Virus record (IMG/VR): IMGVR_UViG_3300030107_002828
Location: 4,851 to 68,850 of that record
DNA length: 64,000 nucleotides
Source: a virus
Strand: one strand, 5' to 3'
Shown here: piece after piece, positions 35,929 to 46,500 of the stretch
Numbering within the stretch: the stretch's first letter is position 1
How the letters are laid out: the number at the start of each line of letters is the position of its first letter
The notes under the pieces: generated by a model
What the model was told of the DNA's origin: nothing
Databases searched by the model: none
The model's input: the letters and a program-made list of their open reading frames with translations, nothing else
Made by a program: the position numbers and the translations under genes

Positions 35929-37188
35929 ATGTCAAAAACAGAAACAAAACCTGAGGTAGCTTCAGAAGCTACTAAAGAAGGTGGAGATATGAAAATCTCT
36001 AAACCTAAATTTGATAAGTTTAAAGCAAAAAAAGATGAACCTTATAAAATAGATTTATCTAAAGTAGATACTTCATTAGAAGCTAATACTAAAATAGAAG
36101 AACCTATCAAAGTAGATTTAAGTAAAAAAGAAGAAATAGAAACAAAAAAAGAAGACGATGCCATTCCAATCGGAGAAACAAAAGAACTATCTGATGATCA
36201 ACGAACCGGAGATATACCAGAAGTGGAAAAAGAAATACGGGACGGGGATACAGAGGATAAGCAAGTACAAGAGTCCGAATCGCCTATTGTCGAAATTTCA
36301 GAAGAAACAGAAAAACTTGTAGAATCACAAGTTGCAGAAACACCTATACAAGAAAAAACTAATTTACCAGAAAATATAAATAAATTAGTTAATTTTATGA
36401 ATGAAACAGGTGGAACTGTAGAAGATTATGTAAGACTTAACGCTGATTATTCAGGCGTAAATGATGATGCTTTATTAAGAGAGTATTATACAAAAACAAA
36501 ACCTCATTTAGACAAAGAAGAAATTAACTTTATTTTAGAAGAAAATTTTATCTTTGATGATGAGATTGACGAAGAGCGAGACGTCAAACGAAAAAAACTT
36601 GCTAAAAAAGAAGCGGTAGCAGAAGCTAAATACTTTTTAGAGGAAATGAAACAAAAATATTACGACGAGATCAAGTTGAGGCCCGGAGTAAATCAAGACC
36701 AACAAAAAGCTATGGAATTCTTCGACCGTTATAACAAAGAACAGGAAGTAGCTACGCAAAGGCATAAAAAATTCCTTGACACTACTAAACAGATGTTCTC
36801 TGATGAATTCAAAGGTTTTGATTTCGAAGTTGGAGAAAAGAAGTATAGATACGGTGTAAAGGATCCCAGTGCTGTTGCAGAGAATCAATCTAATTTAAAC
36901 AACTTCGTCGAGAGGTTCTTGGATAAAGAAGGTAATGTTAAAGATACGAGAGGTTATCATAAAGCTATATATGCTGCACAGAATATAGATAAAATAGTAA
37001 ATCATTTTTACGAACAAGGAAAATCTGATGGTATAAAAAATGTTGTAGAAGGTTCAAAAAACCCTACAATTGATAAAGCGCGCTCAAGTGGCACGCAAGA
37101 TATACACATTGGAGGATTTAAAGTTCGTGCTATTGATGGTGTAGATAGTTCAAAATTGAAAATTAAACGAAGTAAATTTAACAATTAA
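35929..37188 (+). CDS. capsid scaffolding protein
   Basis: Acidic, extended N-terminus and coiled coils; located between portal and capsid genes. Confidence 0.7.
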   Translation: MSKTETKPEVASEATKEGGDMKISKPKFDKFKAKKDEPYKIDLSKVDTSLEANTKIEEPIKVDLSKKEEIETKKEDDAIPIGETKELSDDQRTGDIPEVEKEIRDGDTEDKQVQESESPIVEISEETEKLVESQVAETPIQEKTNLPENINKLVNFMNETGGTVEDYVRLNADYSGVNDDALLREYYTKTKPHLDKEEINFILEENFIFDDEIDEERDVKRKKLAKKEAVAEAKYFLEEMKQKYYDEIKLRPGVNQDQQKAMEFFDRYNKEQEVATQRHKKFLDTTKQMFSDEFKGFDFEVGEKKYRYGVKDPSAVAENQSNLNNFVERFLDKEGNVKDTRGYHKAIYAAQNIDKIVNHFYEQGKSDGIKNVVEGSKNPTIDKARSSGTQDIHIGGFKVRAIDGVDSSKLKIKRSKFNN

Positions 37189-37199
37189 AAACAATTATT

Positions 37200-38705
37200 A
37201 TGGGTGTATTAAGTCCTCAGTTTGGGGGATTATCTCCTTCATCAGATCAGCAATTATTAGTTTCAAACTATATGAGCTTTACTGATGGAACAAGAGATTT
37301 CTCTCAACAATATCTACCGGAAATTTATGAAGCAGAGGTAGAGCGTTATGGAAACAGAACGTTAAGTGGCTTCTTAAGAATGGTTGGCGCTGAAATGCCA
37401 ATGATGTCTGATCAAGTTGTTTGGTCTGAGCAAAACAGATTGCATATCGCATATGACAATGTAAGTCTAGCTGTTGATGGTTTTACAATGACTATCAATG
37501 ATAACGCTGGTGTTGCTATTGTTGCAGGTGGTGCTATCCAAAATGCTATTATGCCAAACGCAACAATTGTAGTCATGGATCCTAACGATCCTTCGTTTAC
37601 AGTTAAAGCTATTGTAGGTAATTCAGGTGGTGCTCCAGTTGGTGCACTTGCTGCTTATGCAACTTTTACTGCATACGCATATAACCAAGACTTTATTTCA
37701 GGTGCTGCTGGTGCAGTAAAAACTGGATTAAAAGTATTTGTTTATGGTTCTGAATATGCTAAAGGATCTTCATTAGATCAAGCTACAACAGGTGAATCTA
37801 TTCAACCTCAATTAACAACTTTCCAAAACAAACCAATCATAATCAGAAACAGATACGCTGTTAGTGGATCTGATACTGCACAAATCGGTTGGGTTGAAGT
37901 TGCTGGAGAAGATGGTACTAGCGGTTATCTTTGGTATTTAAAAGCTGAAGGTGAAACTAGAATGAGATTTGAAGATTATCTTGAAATGGCGATGGTTGAA
38001 GGTGAACTAGCGGTTGCTGCTGCAAATCAAAACTTTGCTGCACAAGCTGCTGCAAATGTTAATTCATTTACTGCTGCTACTACTACTTTAGGTACTGAAG
38101 GTTTATTTGCTGCTATCAACAATGGTGGTAATGTACTTTCTGGTTATGCTGGAAGTTTACAAGACTTCGACGCAGTTCTAGAAAATCTAGATACTCAAGG
38201 AGCTATTGAAGAGAATATGCTTTTCTTAGACAGAAAAACTGAGTTATTATTTGATAACATGTTAGCACAACAAAACTCTTACGGAGCTGGTGGTACATCT
38301 TATGGTGTATTTGAAAACTCTGAAGATATGGCGCTTAACTTAGGTTTCTCTGGTTTTAGAAGAGGTTCATATGACTTCTACAAAACTTCTTGGAAATACT
38401 TAAACGACGCTTCTACAAGAGGTGGTTCTACTAATTTTGTTAACGGTGACAATATTGATGGTGTATTAGTACCAGCTGGTACTTCTACAGTATACGATCA
38501 GTTACTTGGAACAAACATTCGTAGACCTTTCTTACATGTAAGATATAGAGCTTCTCAACACGATGATAGAAGAATGAAGTCATGGTTAACTGGTTCAGTT
38601 GGCGGTGCTGCAACTTCTTCTCTTGACGCTATGGAGGTTAATTTCTTATCAGAAAGATGTCTATGTACTCAAGCAAGAAATAATTTCGTATTATTTGTAG
38701 CTTAA
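37200..38705 (+). CDS. major capsid protein
   Basis: 501 aa after the scaffold; strongly biased codons; followed by a strong hairpin. Confidence 0.85.
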   Translation: MGVLSPQFGGLSPSSDQQLLVSNYMSFTDGTRDFSQQYLPEIYEAEVERYGNRTLSGFLRMVGAEMPMMSDQVVWSEQNRLHIAYDNVSLAVDGFTMTINDNAGVAIVAGGAIQNAIMPNATIVVMDPNDPSFTVKAIVGNSGGAPVGALAAYATFTAYAYNQDFISGAAGAVKTGLKVFVYGSEYAKGSSLDQATTGESIQPQLTTFQNKPIIIRNRYAVSGSDTAQIGWVEVAGEDGTSGYLWYLKAEGETRMRFEDYLEMAMVEGELAVAAANQNFAAQAAANVNSFTAATTTLGTEGLFAAINNGGNVLSGYAGSLQDFDAVLENLDTQGAIEENMLFLDRKTELLFDNMLAQQNSYGAGGTSYGVFENSEDMALNLGFSGFRRGSYDFYKTSWKYLNDASTRGGSTNFVNGDNIDGVLVPAGTSTVYDQLLGTNIRRPFLHVRYRASQHDDRRMKSWLTGSVGGAATSSLDAMEVNFLSERCLCTQARNNFVLFVA

Positions 38706-38713
38706 TTTTTTAT

Positions 38714-38745
38714 AAGGTTAGGGCGCTTCGGCGCCCAATACCTTT
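38714..38745 (+). terminator. hairpin terminator/attenuator after the capsid gene
   Basis: GGGCGC-TTCG-GCGCCC with extended AAGG/CCTT; short T tract. Confidence 0.7.
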
Positions 38746-38767
38746 AACTATTTAATTATATTATATT

Positions 38768-39532
38768 ATGGCAAAAACAAAAGAAGAACCAGTTATAGAC
38801 TGGGAAATAAAAGACAGAACGTATACGTTAAAAGGTAATAAAGAACCTTTAACTTTTACGTTAAAATCAAGACATACAGAAAAATATCCTCTGTTATGGT
38901 TTGATGAAAAAACAGGTGCACAAAGAGCGTTGAGATACGCTACAAATCAATCATCTCCATTTGTTGATGAACAAAAAGGAGAAGTTACTTTAAGACATAT
39001 AATGTTTAAAGATGGTTTTTTAAGTGTGCCAAGACAACATCAAGCTCTTCAAAAATTATTATCTTTATATCACCCTGATTTAAACAAGAGATATACAGAA
39101 ATGAAACCTCAAGAAGAAGCTAAAGATGAAGTTCAAGAAATTGAAATAGAAATATTAGCTTTAAACGCTGCTAGAGATATGGAAGTTGATCAAGCAGAAG
39201 CTATATTAAGAGTAGAAATAGGTTCAAGAGTAAGTTCAATGTCTTCTAAGGAAGTAAAAAGAGATTTATTATTACTTGCTAAAAAGAACCCTAGACTTTT
39301 TATTAGTTTAGCTAAAGATGATAATGTTCAACTAAGAAACTTTGGTGTTAAAGCTGTTGAAGCAGGTGTGATCAAAATTACACAAGACCAAAGAGCTTTC
39401 TTATGGGGAACTAATGATCGTAAATTAATGACAGTTCCTTTTGATGAAAATCCATATTCAGCATTAGCTGCATGGTTTAAAACTGATGAAGGCGTAGAGG
39501 TTTATAAAACAATCTCTAAAAAAGTTAAGTAA
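38768..39532 (+). CDS. head-associated hypothetical protein
   Basis: 254-aa ORF between capsid and tail-ring genes. Confidence 0.7.
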   Translation: MAKTKEEPVIDWEIKDRTYTLKGNKEPLTFTLKSRHTEKYPLLWFDEKTGAQRALRYATNQSSPFVDEQKGEVTLRHIMFKDGFLSVPRQHQALQKLLSLYHPDLNKRYTEMKPQEEAKDEVQEIEIEILALNAARDMEVDQAEAILRVEIGSRVSSMSSKEVKRDLLLLAKKNPRLFISLAKDDNVQLRNFGVKAVEAGVIKITQDQRAFLWGTNDRKLMTVPFDENPYSALAAWFKTDEGVEVYKTISKKVK

Positions 39533-39540
39533 AAATAAAT

Positions 39541-39567
39541 AAGGCGGGTTAACGCCCGCCTTTTATT
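39541..39567 (+). terminator. intrinsic terminator
   Basis: AAGGCGGG-TTAACG-CCCGCCTT followed by TTATT. Confidence 0.75.
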
Positions 39568-39581
39568 ATAAAAAAAATATA

Positions 39582-40307
39582 ATGGCAATAAACGTAAATA
39601 CTGTATATAAAACAGTCTTGTTAGTTCTTAATCAACAACAAAGAGGATACATGACGCCGGATGAGTTTAATAAAACTGCAACTCAAGTGCAATTAAATAT
39701 CTTTGAAAATTATATAGAAGAACTTAATCAACAATATCGTGTGCCACAAAATGATACAGAATACTCTAATAGAGTAGAAAATTTAGAAAAAGATTTACAA
39801 TTTTTTCAAAAATATATCAACAACGCTAGTGCTGCTGGAGCAATAACTGGGACAAATCCTTTTACCATAGATGTTACTGTGGTTACTGATTTATATAGAT
39901 TAGGATCTGTTATATATAAAGGTGAAGAACTAACTCAGTATGCTCAACGAAATGAGATAACACAAATATTACTTTCCCCGTTAACTCAACCAACAACTAA
40001 TTTTCCTATATATTTATATGAGCAAGATAAATTATATATTTATCCTACTACTATTACTACTGCTGATGATATAAATATATCTTATTTGAAAAAACCAGCT
40101 GATCCAATTTGGGCTTATGTTCCTGGGTCTTTTGGTCAATTCCAATATGATAGCAATAACAGTATTAATTTTGAATTAAACGTGTCAGAGCAAACAAACG
40201 TTATAACAAGGATATTAGCTTATGCAGGTATAATTATTAATGATCCTACAATTATACAAGTTGCAATGCAAGAAACACAATTAGAAGAACAAAACTCAAA
40301 AACATAA
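39582..40307 (+). CDS. tail ring/adaptor protein
   Basis: GYMTPDEFN...ISYLKKPADPIW; position after the head genes. Confidence 0.7.
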   Translation: MAINVNTVYKTVLLVLNQQQRGYMTPDEFNKTATQVQLNIFENYIEELNQQYRVPQNDTEYSNRVENLEKDLQFFQKYINNASAAGAITGTNPFTIDVTVVTDLYRLGSVIYKGEELTQYAQRNEITQILLSPLTQPTTNFPIYLYEQDKLYIYPTTITTADDINISYLKKPADPIWAYVPGSFGQFQYDSNNSINFELNVSEQTNVITRILAYAGIIINDPTIIQVAMQETQLEEQNSKT

Positions 40308-40310
40308 GAT

Positions 40311-41543
40311 ATGCCTAAACCAGATGGAGGATTAATCCAAGAAAATAATTTACAGTATTACGCGGGAGCGCAGATCATCTATACTGACGCGGCGTTAAAC
40401 GTATCAAAAGCATATACATTTACGTTTAATACTCAGTTGTCAATGGGTAGTAGTTCTAGTTTTTCTAATACAGATCCTGATTACACATTAAATAATTTTA
40501 GAATATACACAAGTCCAACTGGATTAGGAAATTGGACAGAATATTTAACTACTTATGTTTTAACTTTCACTAAAAACGGGGCTAATACTAATAGTATTAT
40601 AACTTTAGGATTAGCTCAAGCAGTAGGAACTTATGTAAAAGTTCAATTAAAAGAAAATGCAGTAGAAGATAACTATGGTAGTTATGAATATATAAAACTA
40701 AATGATATAGTTAATAACTTTATAGTAGGTTATGTTGGTCAAGATAAATTAATACCTAGAGTAAATAGAACTGATGTTATTTTTCATGCTAAAAGAGGTT
40801 TACAGGAATTCAGTTATGATACTTTAAAAAGTATAAAATCTCAGGAATTAACAATTCCACCTAGTCTAGCAGTGACAATTCCTCAAGATTATGTTAATTA
40901 TGTTAAATTATCTTGGGTAGATGGATCAGGTGTAAAACATACTATATATCCTACACAATTAACTAGTAGTCCATGGGAAGCACCTGTTCAAGCTGCTGAT
41001 GGTGAAATTGTACAAGATAATTTTGGAGATAATATAGAAGGAACGTCTCAAATAAATGAAAGATGGGAAACATCTAACCCTAACAATATAACAGGTTTGT
41101 ATCCATCAGACTCTAATAATTCAAATATATGGATGTATGATTGGTGGGGTGAAAGTTTATGGGGATATGGTGGTTTTTATGGTCAAAGATATGGAGGTGA
41201 TCCTGTTAATATGCAGATGAATGGTTGGTTTAATATAGATGATAGACGAGGAACTTTTAATTTCTCTAGTGATTTAGAAGGAAAATTAATTTTATTAGAA
41301 TATATTTCTGATGGATTAGCTTATGATTTAAATACTAAAGTTCCTAAATTAGCAGAAGAAGCAATGTATCAACATTTACTTTATAGTATAATGTCTACAA
41401 GAACCGCAACAGCTGCTATAGCACCCCAATATAAAAGACAAAGATATGCTGCGTTACGTAATGCGAAAATTAGATTATCTAATATTAAATTAGATGAAAT
41501 AGTTCAAGTTATGCGTAATAAATCTAAATGGATAAAACATTAA
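40311..41543 (+). CDS. tail ring/tubular protein
   Basis: IPQDYVNYVKLS and LEYISDG motifs; position. Confidence 0.7.
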   Translation: MPKPDGGLIQENNLQYYAGAQIIYTDAALNVSKAYTFTFNTQLSMGSSSSFSNTDPDYTLNNFRIYTSPTGLGNWTEYLTTYVLTFTKNGANTNSIITLGLAQAVGTYVKVQLKENAVEDNYGSYEYIKLNDIVNNFIVGYVGQDKLIPRVNRTDVIFHAKRGLQEFSYDTLKSIKSQELTIPPSLAVTIPQDYVNYVKLSWVDGSGVKHTIYPTQLTSSPWEAPVQAADGEIVQDNFGDNIEGTSQINERWETSNPNNITGLYPSDSNNSNIWMYDWWGESLWGYGGFYGQRYGGDPVNMQMNGWFNIDDRRGTFNFSSDLEGKLILLEYISDGLAYDLNTKVPKLAEEAMYQHLLYSIMSTRTATAAIAPQYKRQRYAALRNAKIRLSNIKLDEIVQVMRNKSKWIKH

Positions 41544-41546
41544 TAC

Positions 41547-44500
41547 ATGGCAGAAATTAAAAATTCTTTCTTAAAAGGAAGAATGAATCAAGATCTTGAC
41601 TCTCGTATTTTACCAGAAGGTGAATATAGAGAAGCAATTAATCTATTGATTAGTAGATCAGAGGGTAATACTGTTGGTGAATTTGAAAATATTTTAGGAA
41701 ATTTACAAATACCTACTAACAATAATTTATCTTCTACAACTGCTAGTGTAATTGGTCATGTAGTAGATGAAACTAATAATAGAGGATTCTTTTTGTTAAC
41801 TACTTTTTCTAATAATAATATTTCTACAAGAGCAAGTTCAACTGATACATGTTTGATTTTAGAAGTTTCATTTGAAAGCCCATATAATATAAAGACTTTA
41901 GTTACAGGAAATTTTTTAAACTTTAATAAATGTTTTCCAGTAACCGGAATAAATTTAGTAGAAAATTTATTGTTTTGGACAGATAATTTTAACCAACCTA
42001 GAAAAATTAATATTGACCTTGCTAATCCTAGTGGTTTAGCGACTCCTACCTATTATACAGAAGAATCTCAAATATCTGTGGCTAAATATTATCCTTATCA
42101 ACCTTTAATACCTATGGTAAGAACATCAGCTGTTATAAACTCTGGTTCTTCAGATGTTGATACTTTAGTGTTTGATACTGAACAAATAAATATAAAAGTA
42201 GGTGATTTAGTAACTGATAATAATAAAGGTCCAGGTGTTACTGAAAAATTTACAGTACCAACTAGAATTACTAAAATAAATAGTTTAAATTCTTTTGAAT
42301 TTTCTCCAGCTCTAGGAAGTCCTTTACCCGCTGATTTTAAAGTAGATCTTACTAGATCTAGTATGGAAAACAAGTTTGAACAATTTGAATCTAATTATTC
42401 TCTTAATAATCAAACAGGAGCTGGTAGTGCTCCAACTACTTCATTTACTTGTAGAGATGCAGGTGGTAACGCTGCCCCTAATTACGGAGGATTACCTCGA
42501 ATAGGAGATATTGTAACTAAAGGAGATGCCACGGTTGATGGTGTAACAAATACTGCTAAAATAGGTGGAAACCTAGTTGGACCTTTAACTAATTATATTA
42601 CACAAAATTCAACAGATGCTACAACTAGTGGTACAAACGTAACTTATACTACTTCAGGAGATGGTACGGGAGCAGAAATAGATGTAACTGTAGCTGGTGG
42701 CGCGGTAACTGCTGTAACAGTTACTAAAGCAGGTTATGAATTTGAAGCAGGTGATACAATAACTGTTGGTACTGGAGAAATAGGTGGAACTGTTAATCTT
42801 ATAATAACCTTAAAAGCAGAGAATATAACTGAAACTAGAATAACTGGTTTTATATTAGGTGCAGATGCAAGTACTACAACACAACTTCCTTATGCTTGGC
42901 AAATAACCATAGATCATGAAGCAGAATTAGGAACCACTAAACCAACTACATGCTGGGTTAATATTGGTGAAAATCCAGATTATGATATAAATTTTAAAGG
43001 AGACTCAAAATTTTTAGAAGAAAGATTTGTTAGATTTAGTTATAGATTTAATTTTATTGATGGAGAAGAATCTTTAATGGCTCCATTTAGTCAACTTATG
43101 TTTATACCTAAACAATATGGTGAATTTGGTGCTGGTCAATTAACCTCTACTGTTGACCAAAATAGTATAACTTATCCAGTTTATAATGATGATTGTGATG
43201 ATGCGTATAAAAGTACTATTATAAGATGGTTTGAAAACAATGTTGACTCTATTGGATTAAAAATACCAGTACCTGAATCACAACCAGCGGATTTATCTAG
43301 TAATTTATTAGTTAAAAGTATAGATATATTATATAAAGAATCTGATGCTATAGCTATTAAAGTATTAGATACAGTAGATATAAGTGATATAAGTTCGTTT
43401 TCTACTATTGCGTATAACGACGTAATACAAGGTAATGTTGATCAAAAATTCTATGATTATCAATATAAATCTACTAAACCTTATAAAACATTAACTCAAG
43501 GAGATACCACAAGAGTATATGATAAAGTTCCAATTAAAGCTTTAGCTCAAGAAATTATAACTAATAGAGTTGTATATGGAAATTATACAGAAAAAATGAC
43601 GCCTCCTGAAAATATAGAATATAGTGTTTCTACTACTGATAGAGGGGTTATATGGGATAACTATATTCAATATCCTTATCATAACTTAAAACAAAATAGA
43701 ACTTATCAAGTAGGTTTTGTATTAGCAGATTATTATGGTAGACAATCAAGTGTTGTCTTATCTTCTTATGATTCAGATGATTCTAAAGCTGGATCTAGTA
43801 TTTATTTACCTTACAGAGATTTAACTGATGCAACTAGTTCACCTGTTATTGATTGGTTAGGAAAAGCTTTACAATTAACTATTAATTCTTCTATAGGACA
43901 AACTTTAAATTATGATACAGGAGAACCTGGGATATATAAAGCAGATGGAAATGTAGGCGCAATAAGTAGTTTAGAGGGAGGAGGAACTGGATATGATACA
44001 GATACAGTTTATAAAACTACTGACGCACTTCCTGGTCAGTCAGGAACAGGGTTAACTGTAAGAATTAAAACAGGTGGAGTAATAGGTGGTGTAATTCAAT
44101 CAGTTGATGATGTTATAATAGTTACAAGTGGAAAAAATTATACAACTGGAGATCAACTTTTTATAATTGGCGATGGTGTTAGTGATGGAGAAATCAGAAT
44201 AACTACTGGAGAACCAAATCCTTTAGGTTGGTATACATATAAAATAGTTGTACAACAACAAGAACAAGAATATTATAATGTATTTACGCCTGGGCTTATA
44301 AATGGTTTACCTGTTTGGGGAAGCGCAGCTCAAGGTTTACAAAGAAATAAATTTGCTTTAACAACTGCGGCAGGAGAAAATGTAAATAAAATTCCTAGAA
44401 GTTTAAGATCTGTTGGACCTACCGATAACGAGTTTAATAGTGAAGAAACACTTTTTATAAGAGTTACCAACAAAGATGCTACAACAACAAATGACGTTGC

Positions 44501-46469
44501 AACTAATATTAGAAGTGGAAGTGGAATACCTTGGAATGCTCAATATTATCCAGGACAATTAAGTCAAAATGTATTGACTATAGCCACTATGAGAGACACA
44601 GAATATGGCGCTATTCCTTTTGTAGCTTATAGCGCAGCTTTACCTGGGGTATTTGGTCACCAAGGAGAATATGGGTCAATTGTAACAACACTTCCGGGAG
44701 CATCAGGAGATCAAACTACTCAACCAACAGGTTCTATTCCTTGGGGTGATGTAGGTACAGTTGCCTCTTTTTATGCTCAAAGTCAAAATCCTTTTGTAGT
44801 AAAAATTAATACTACATCTAATTCAACTAATCAAGTTGGTGCTAATGTAAATGATCAATCAACATGGAATGGTACTGATATGAGTACTACCGCATCTATA
44901 AGCTATGCAATGCAACCTTTTTTATCTGTAATGGAGACTAAGCCGGTAGAATCATTATTAGGATTATTTTATGAAACTTCTATGTCTGGAAAATTAGAAG
45001 TATTAAATTCAGGTATTGATTTTGGTAATCCAAGTGTTGTAGGAGCTACACTTAGTAGTTTAGAATTTCCAGAATCTACTGCTGGTAACACTGATATAGG
45101 AGCAGCATTTAAATTAATATCAGGTGAAGGATCTATAATCACCAGTCCAACAGGATTAACTGTAAATATTTCAAGAGTTACTAGACAATCAGCTCCGGAT
45201 GTTCCTATTGTAGATGGTGATGGAAATCCAGATTACTTTGATATTAGTACACCTACTGGATCTGGTGAATTACAATTATCTACTAAAACTAGTAAAACTT
45301 TTTGGTATGGTACGGGATCTGCAACAGTTAATAGTTCTACAGATATATATACTATAACTTTAGATTGCGCTAGAGTTGTAGGTGATGAAACATATGAGAG
45401 TCAAGTTACTATAGTTGCTACTTTAACAAATGTAGCTCCAAGTATAACTCTTTCTGATCTATCAACACTAGACCCAGCGTGTAATTGTCCAGGTGGTAGT
45501 CCTTGTCCTATAAGTATTACAACGGCGACAACTGCTATAAAAACTTTTTATGGAATAAATGGAAGCGCTGATACTATTAATCATACTCAACAACTACAAT
45601 GGAGTTTAGGAACTATATCAGTTGATGATGGTTCAACCACTGAAGGAATATTTGAAATTGACGCAAGTAGTGGAGCTCTAACTGCTGAATCAGGAAGATT
45701 ATCTGATGATGCTTTGTATGATATAGATGTTATACTTACAGACGTTGATGGAAATGGATTAACTGCTACATGTACAACTCAATTACAAGTTGGTTATCAA
45801 AGATCTCCGGTGGCTATATGTACAGGGGTAGATTTATCAGCTAACACAGCTTATCAAATGATTGGTTGTAATAATGGTACTATTGAATATTTATTTGCTA
45901 ATACTACAAACCAAGCGTTAGTTGCAGGTGGATGTTGTTATCCTACTGCAAGCACAGTAAATTGGTTAGGATATTCACCATCTCCAGCGAAATTAGTTAA
46001 CATGGGAGTTATATATGGATCTGGTTCATGTAGAGCAGATTTATTTCAAGGAACATTAAGAATTAGAGGAGTGTTAAAAGGAACAGACGCTTCTTGTGGA
46101 GGTGATGCTTCAATGAAATGGTTTGTTCAGTATAGAACTGTAAGTGGTGGGGGAGCTGTAGGAACTTGGGGACCACCACCTACTGATGCAGGTAGTTATC
46201 AAGGAACAACTTATCCTACTAGTGGAGTTCCATTATCTATAACTGGTAATGGTGAAGATAAAGGTACTGCAGTTACAGGATCGGGTACATTCTTTGGAGA
46301 TGCAGGTGGATGGTTTTTCTTTGATGCTATAGGTGAGTATAGAGTAATAAGCCAACCTATAACTGGAGATTTTTGTACAGGAGCTTGTGCTGTAGATAAA
46401 GTAAAATTTTATATAGAATATGGAGATGGATATTATAATACTTGTACCACTGCACCATGCACCCCGTAA
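41547..46469 (+). CDS. tail nozzle/stabilisation protein, N-terminal part, with inserted beta repeats and cadherin-like C-terminus
   Basis: GRMNQDLDSR..P.GEYREA.N; LLFWTDNFNQPRKIN; NRVVYGNY; LKQNRTYQVGFVLADYYGR. Confidence 0.75.
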   Translation: MAEIKNSFLKGRMNQDLDSRILPEGEYREAINLLISRSEGNTVGEFENILGNLQIPTNNNLSSTTASVIGHVVDETNNRGFFLLTTFSNNNISTRASSTDTCLILEVSFESPYNIKTLVTGNFLNFNKCFPVTGINLVENLLFWTDNFNQPRKINIDLANPSGLATPTYYTEESQISVAKYYPYQPLIPMVRTSAVINSGSSDVDTLVFDTEQINIKVGDLVTDNNKGPGVTEKFTVPTRITKINSLNSFEFSPALGSPLPADFKVDLTRSSMENKFEQFESNYSLNNQTGAGSAPTTSFTCRDAGGNAAPNYGGLPRIGDIVTKGDATVDGVTNTAKIGGNLVGPLTNYITQNSTDATTSGTNVTYTTSGDGTGAEIDVTVAGGAVTAVTVTKAGYEFEAGDTITVGTGEIGGTVNLIITLKAENITETRITGFILGADASTTTQLPYAWQITIDHEAELGTTKPTTCWVNIGENPDYDINFKGDSKFLEERFVRFSYRFNFIDGEESLMAPFSQLMFIPKQYGEFGAGQLTSTVDQNSITYPVYNDDCDDAYKSTIIRWFENNVDSIGLKIPVPESQPADLSSNLLVKSIDILYKESDAIAIKVLDTVDISDISSFSTIAYNDVIQGNVDQKFYDYQYKSTKPYKTLTQGDTTRVYDKVPIKALAQEIITNRVVYGNYTEKMTPPENIEYSVSTTDRGVIWDNYIQYPYHNLKQNRTYQVGFVLADYYGRQSSVVLSSYDSDDSKAGSSIYLPYRDLTDATSSPVIDWLGKALQLTINSSIGQTLNYDTGEPGIYKADGNVGAISSLEGGGTGYDTDTVYKTTDALPGQSGTGLTVRIKTGGVIGGVIQSVDDVIIVTSGKNYTTGDQLFIIGDGVSDGEIRITTGEPNPLGWYTYKIVVQQQEQEYYNVFTPGLINGLPVWGSAAQGLQRNKFALTTAAGENVNKIPRSLRSVGPTDNEFNSEETLFIRVTNKDATTTNDVATNIRSGSGIPWNAQYYPGQLSQNVLTIATMRDTEYGAIPFVAYSAALPGVFGHQGEYGSIVTTLPGASGDQTTQPTGSIPWGDVGTVASFYAQSQNPFVVKINTTSNSTNQVGANVNDQSTWNGTDMSTTASISYAMQPFLSVMETKPVESLLGLFYETSMSGKLEVLNSGIDFGNPSVVGATLSSLEFPESTAGNTDIGAAFKLISGEGSIITSPTGLTVNISRVTRQSAPDVPIVDGDGNPDYFDISTPTGSGELQLSTKTSKTFWYGTGSATVNSSTDIYTITLDCARVVGDETYESQVTIVATLTNVAPSITLSDLSTLDPACNCPGGSPCPISITTATTAIKTFYGINGSADTINHTQQLQWSLGTISVDDGSTTEGIFEIDASSGALTAESGRLSDDALYDIDVILTDVDGNGLTATCTTQLQVGYQRSPVAICTGVDLSANTAYQMIGCNNGTIEYLFANTTNQALVAGGCCYPTASTVNWLGYSPSPAKLVNMGVIYGSGSCRADLFQGTLRIRGVLKGTDASCGGDASMKWFVQYRTVSGGGAVGTWGPPPTDAGSYQGTTYPTSGVPLSITGNGEDKGTAVTGSGTFFGDAGGWFFFDAIGEYRVISQPITGDFCTGACAVDKVKFYIEYGDGYYNTCTTAPCTP

Positions 46470-46497
46470 TTAATGAAAAAAACACGTAATATATATT
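46466..46497 (+). promoter_or_regulatory. class II promoter motif
   Basis: GTAA-N16-GTAATATATA, 15 nt before the ATG at 46501. Confidence 0.65.
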
Positions 46498-46500
46498 AAG

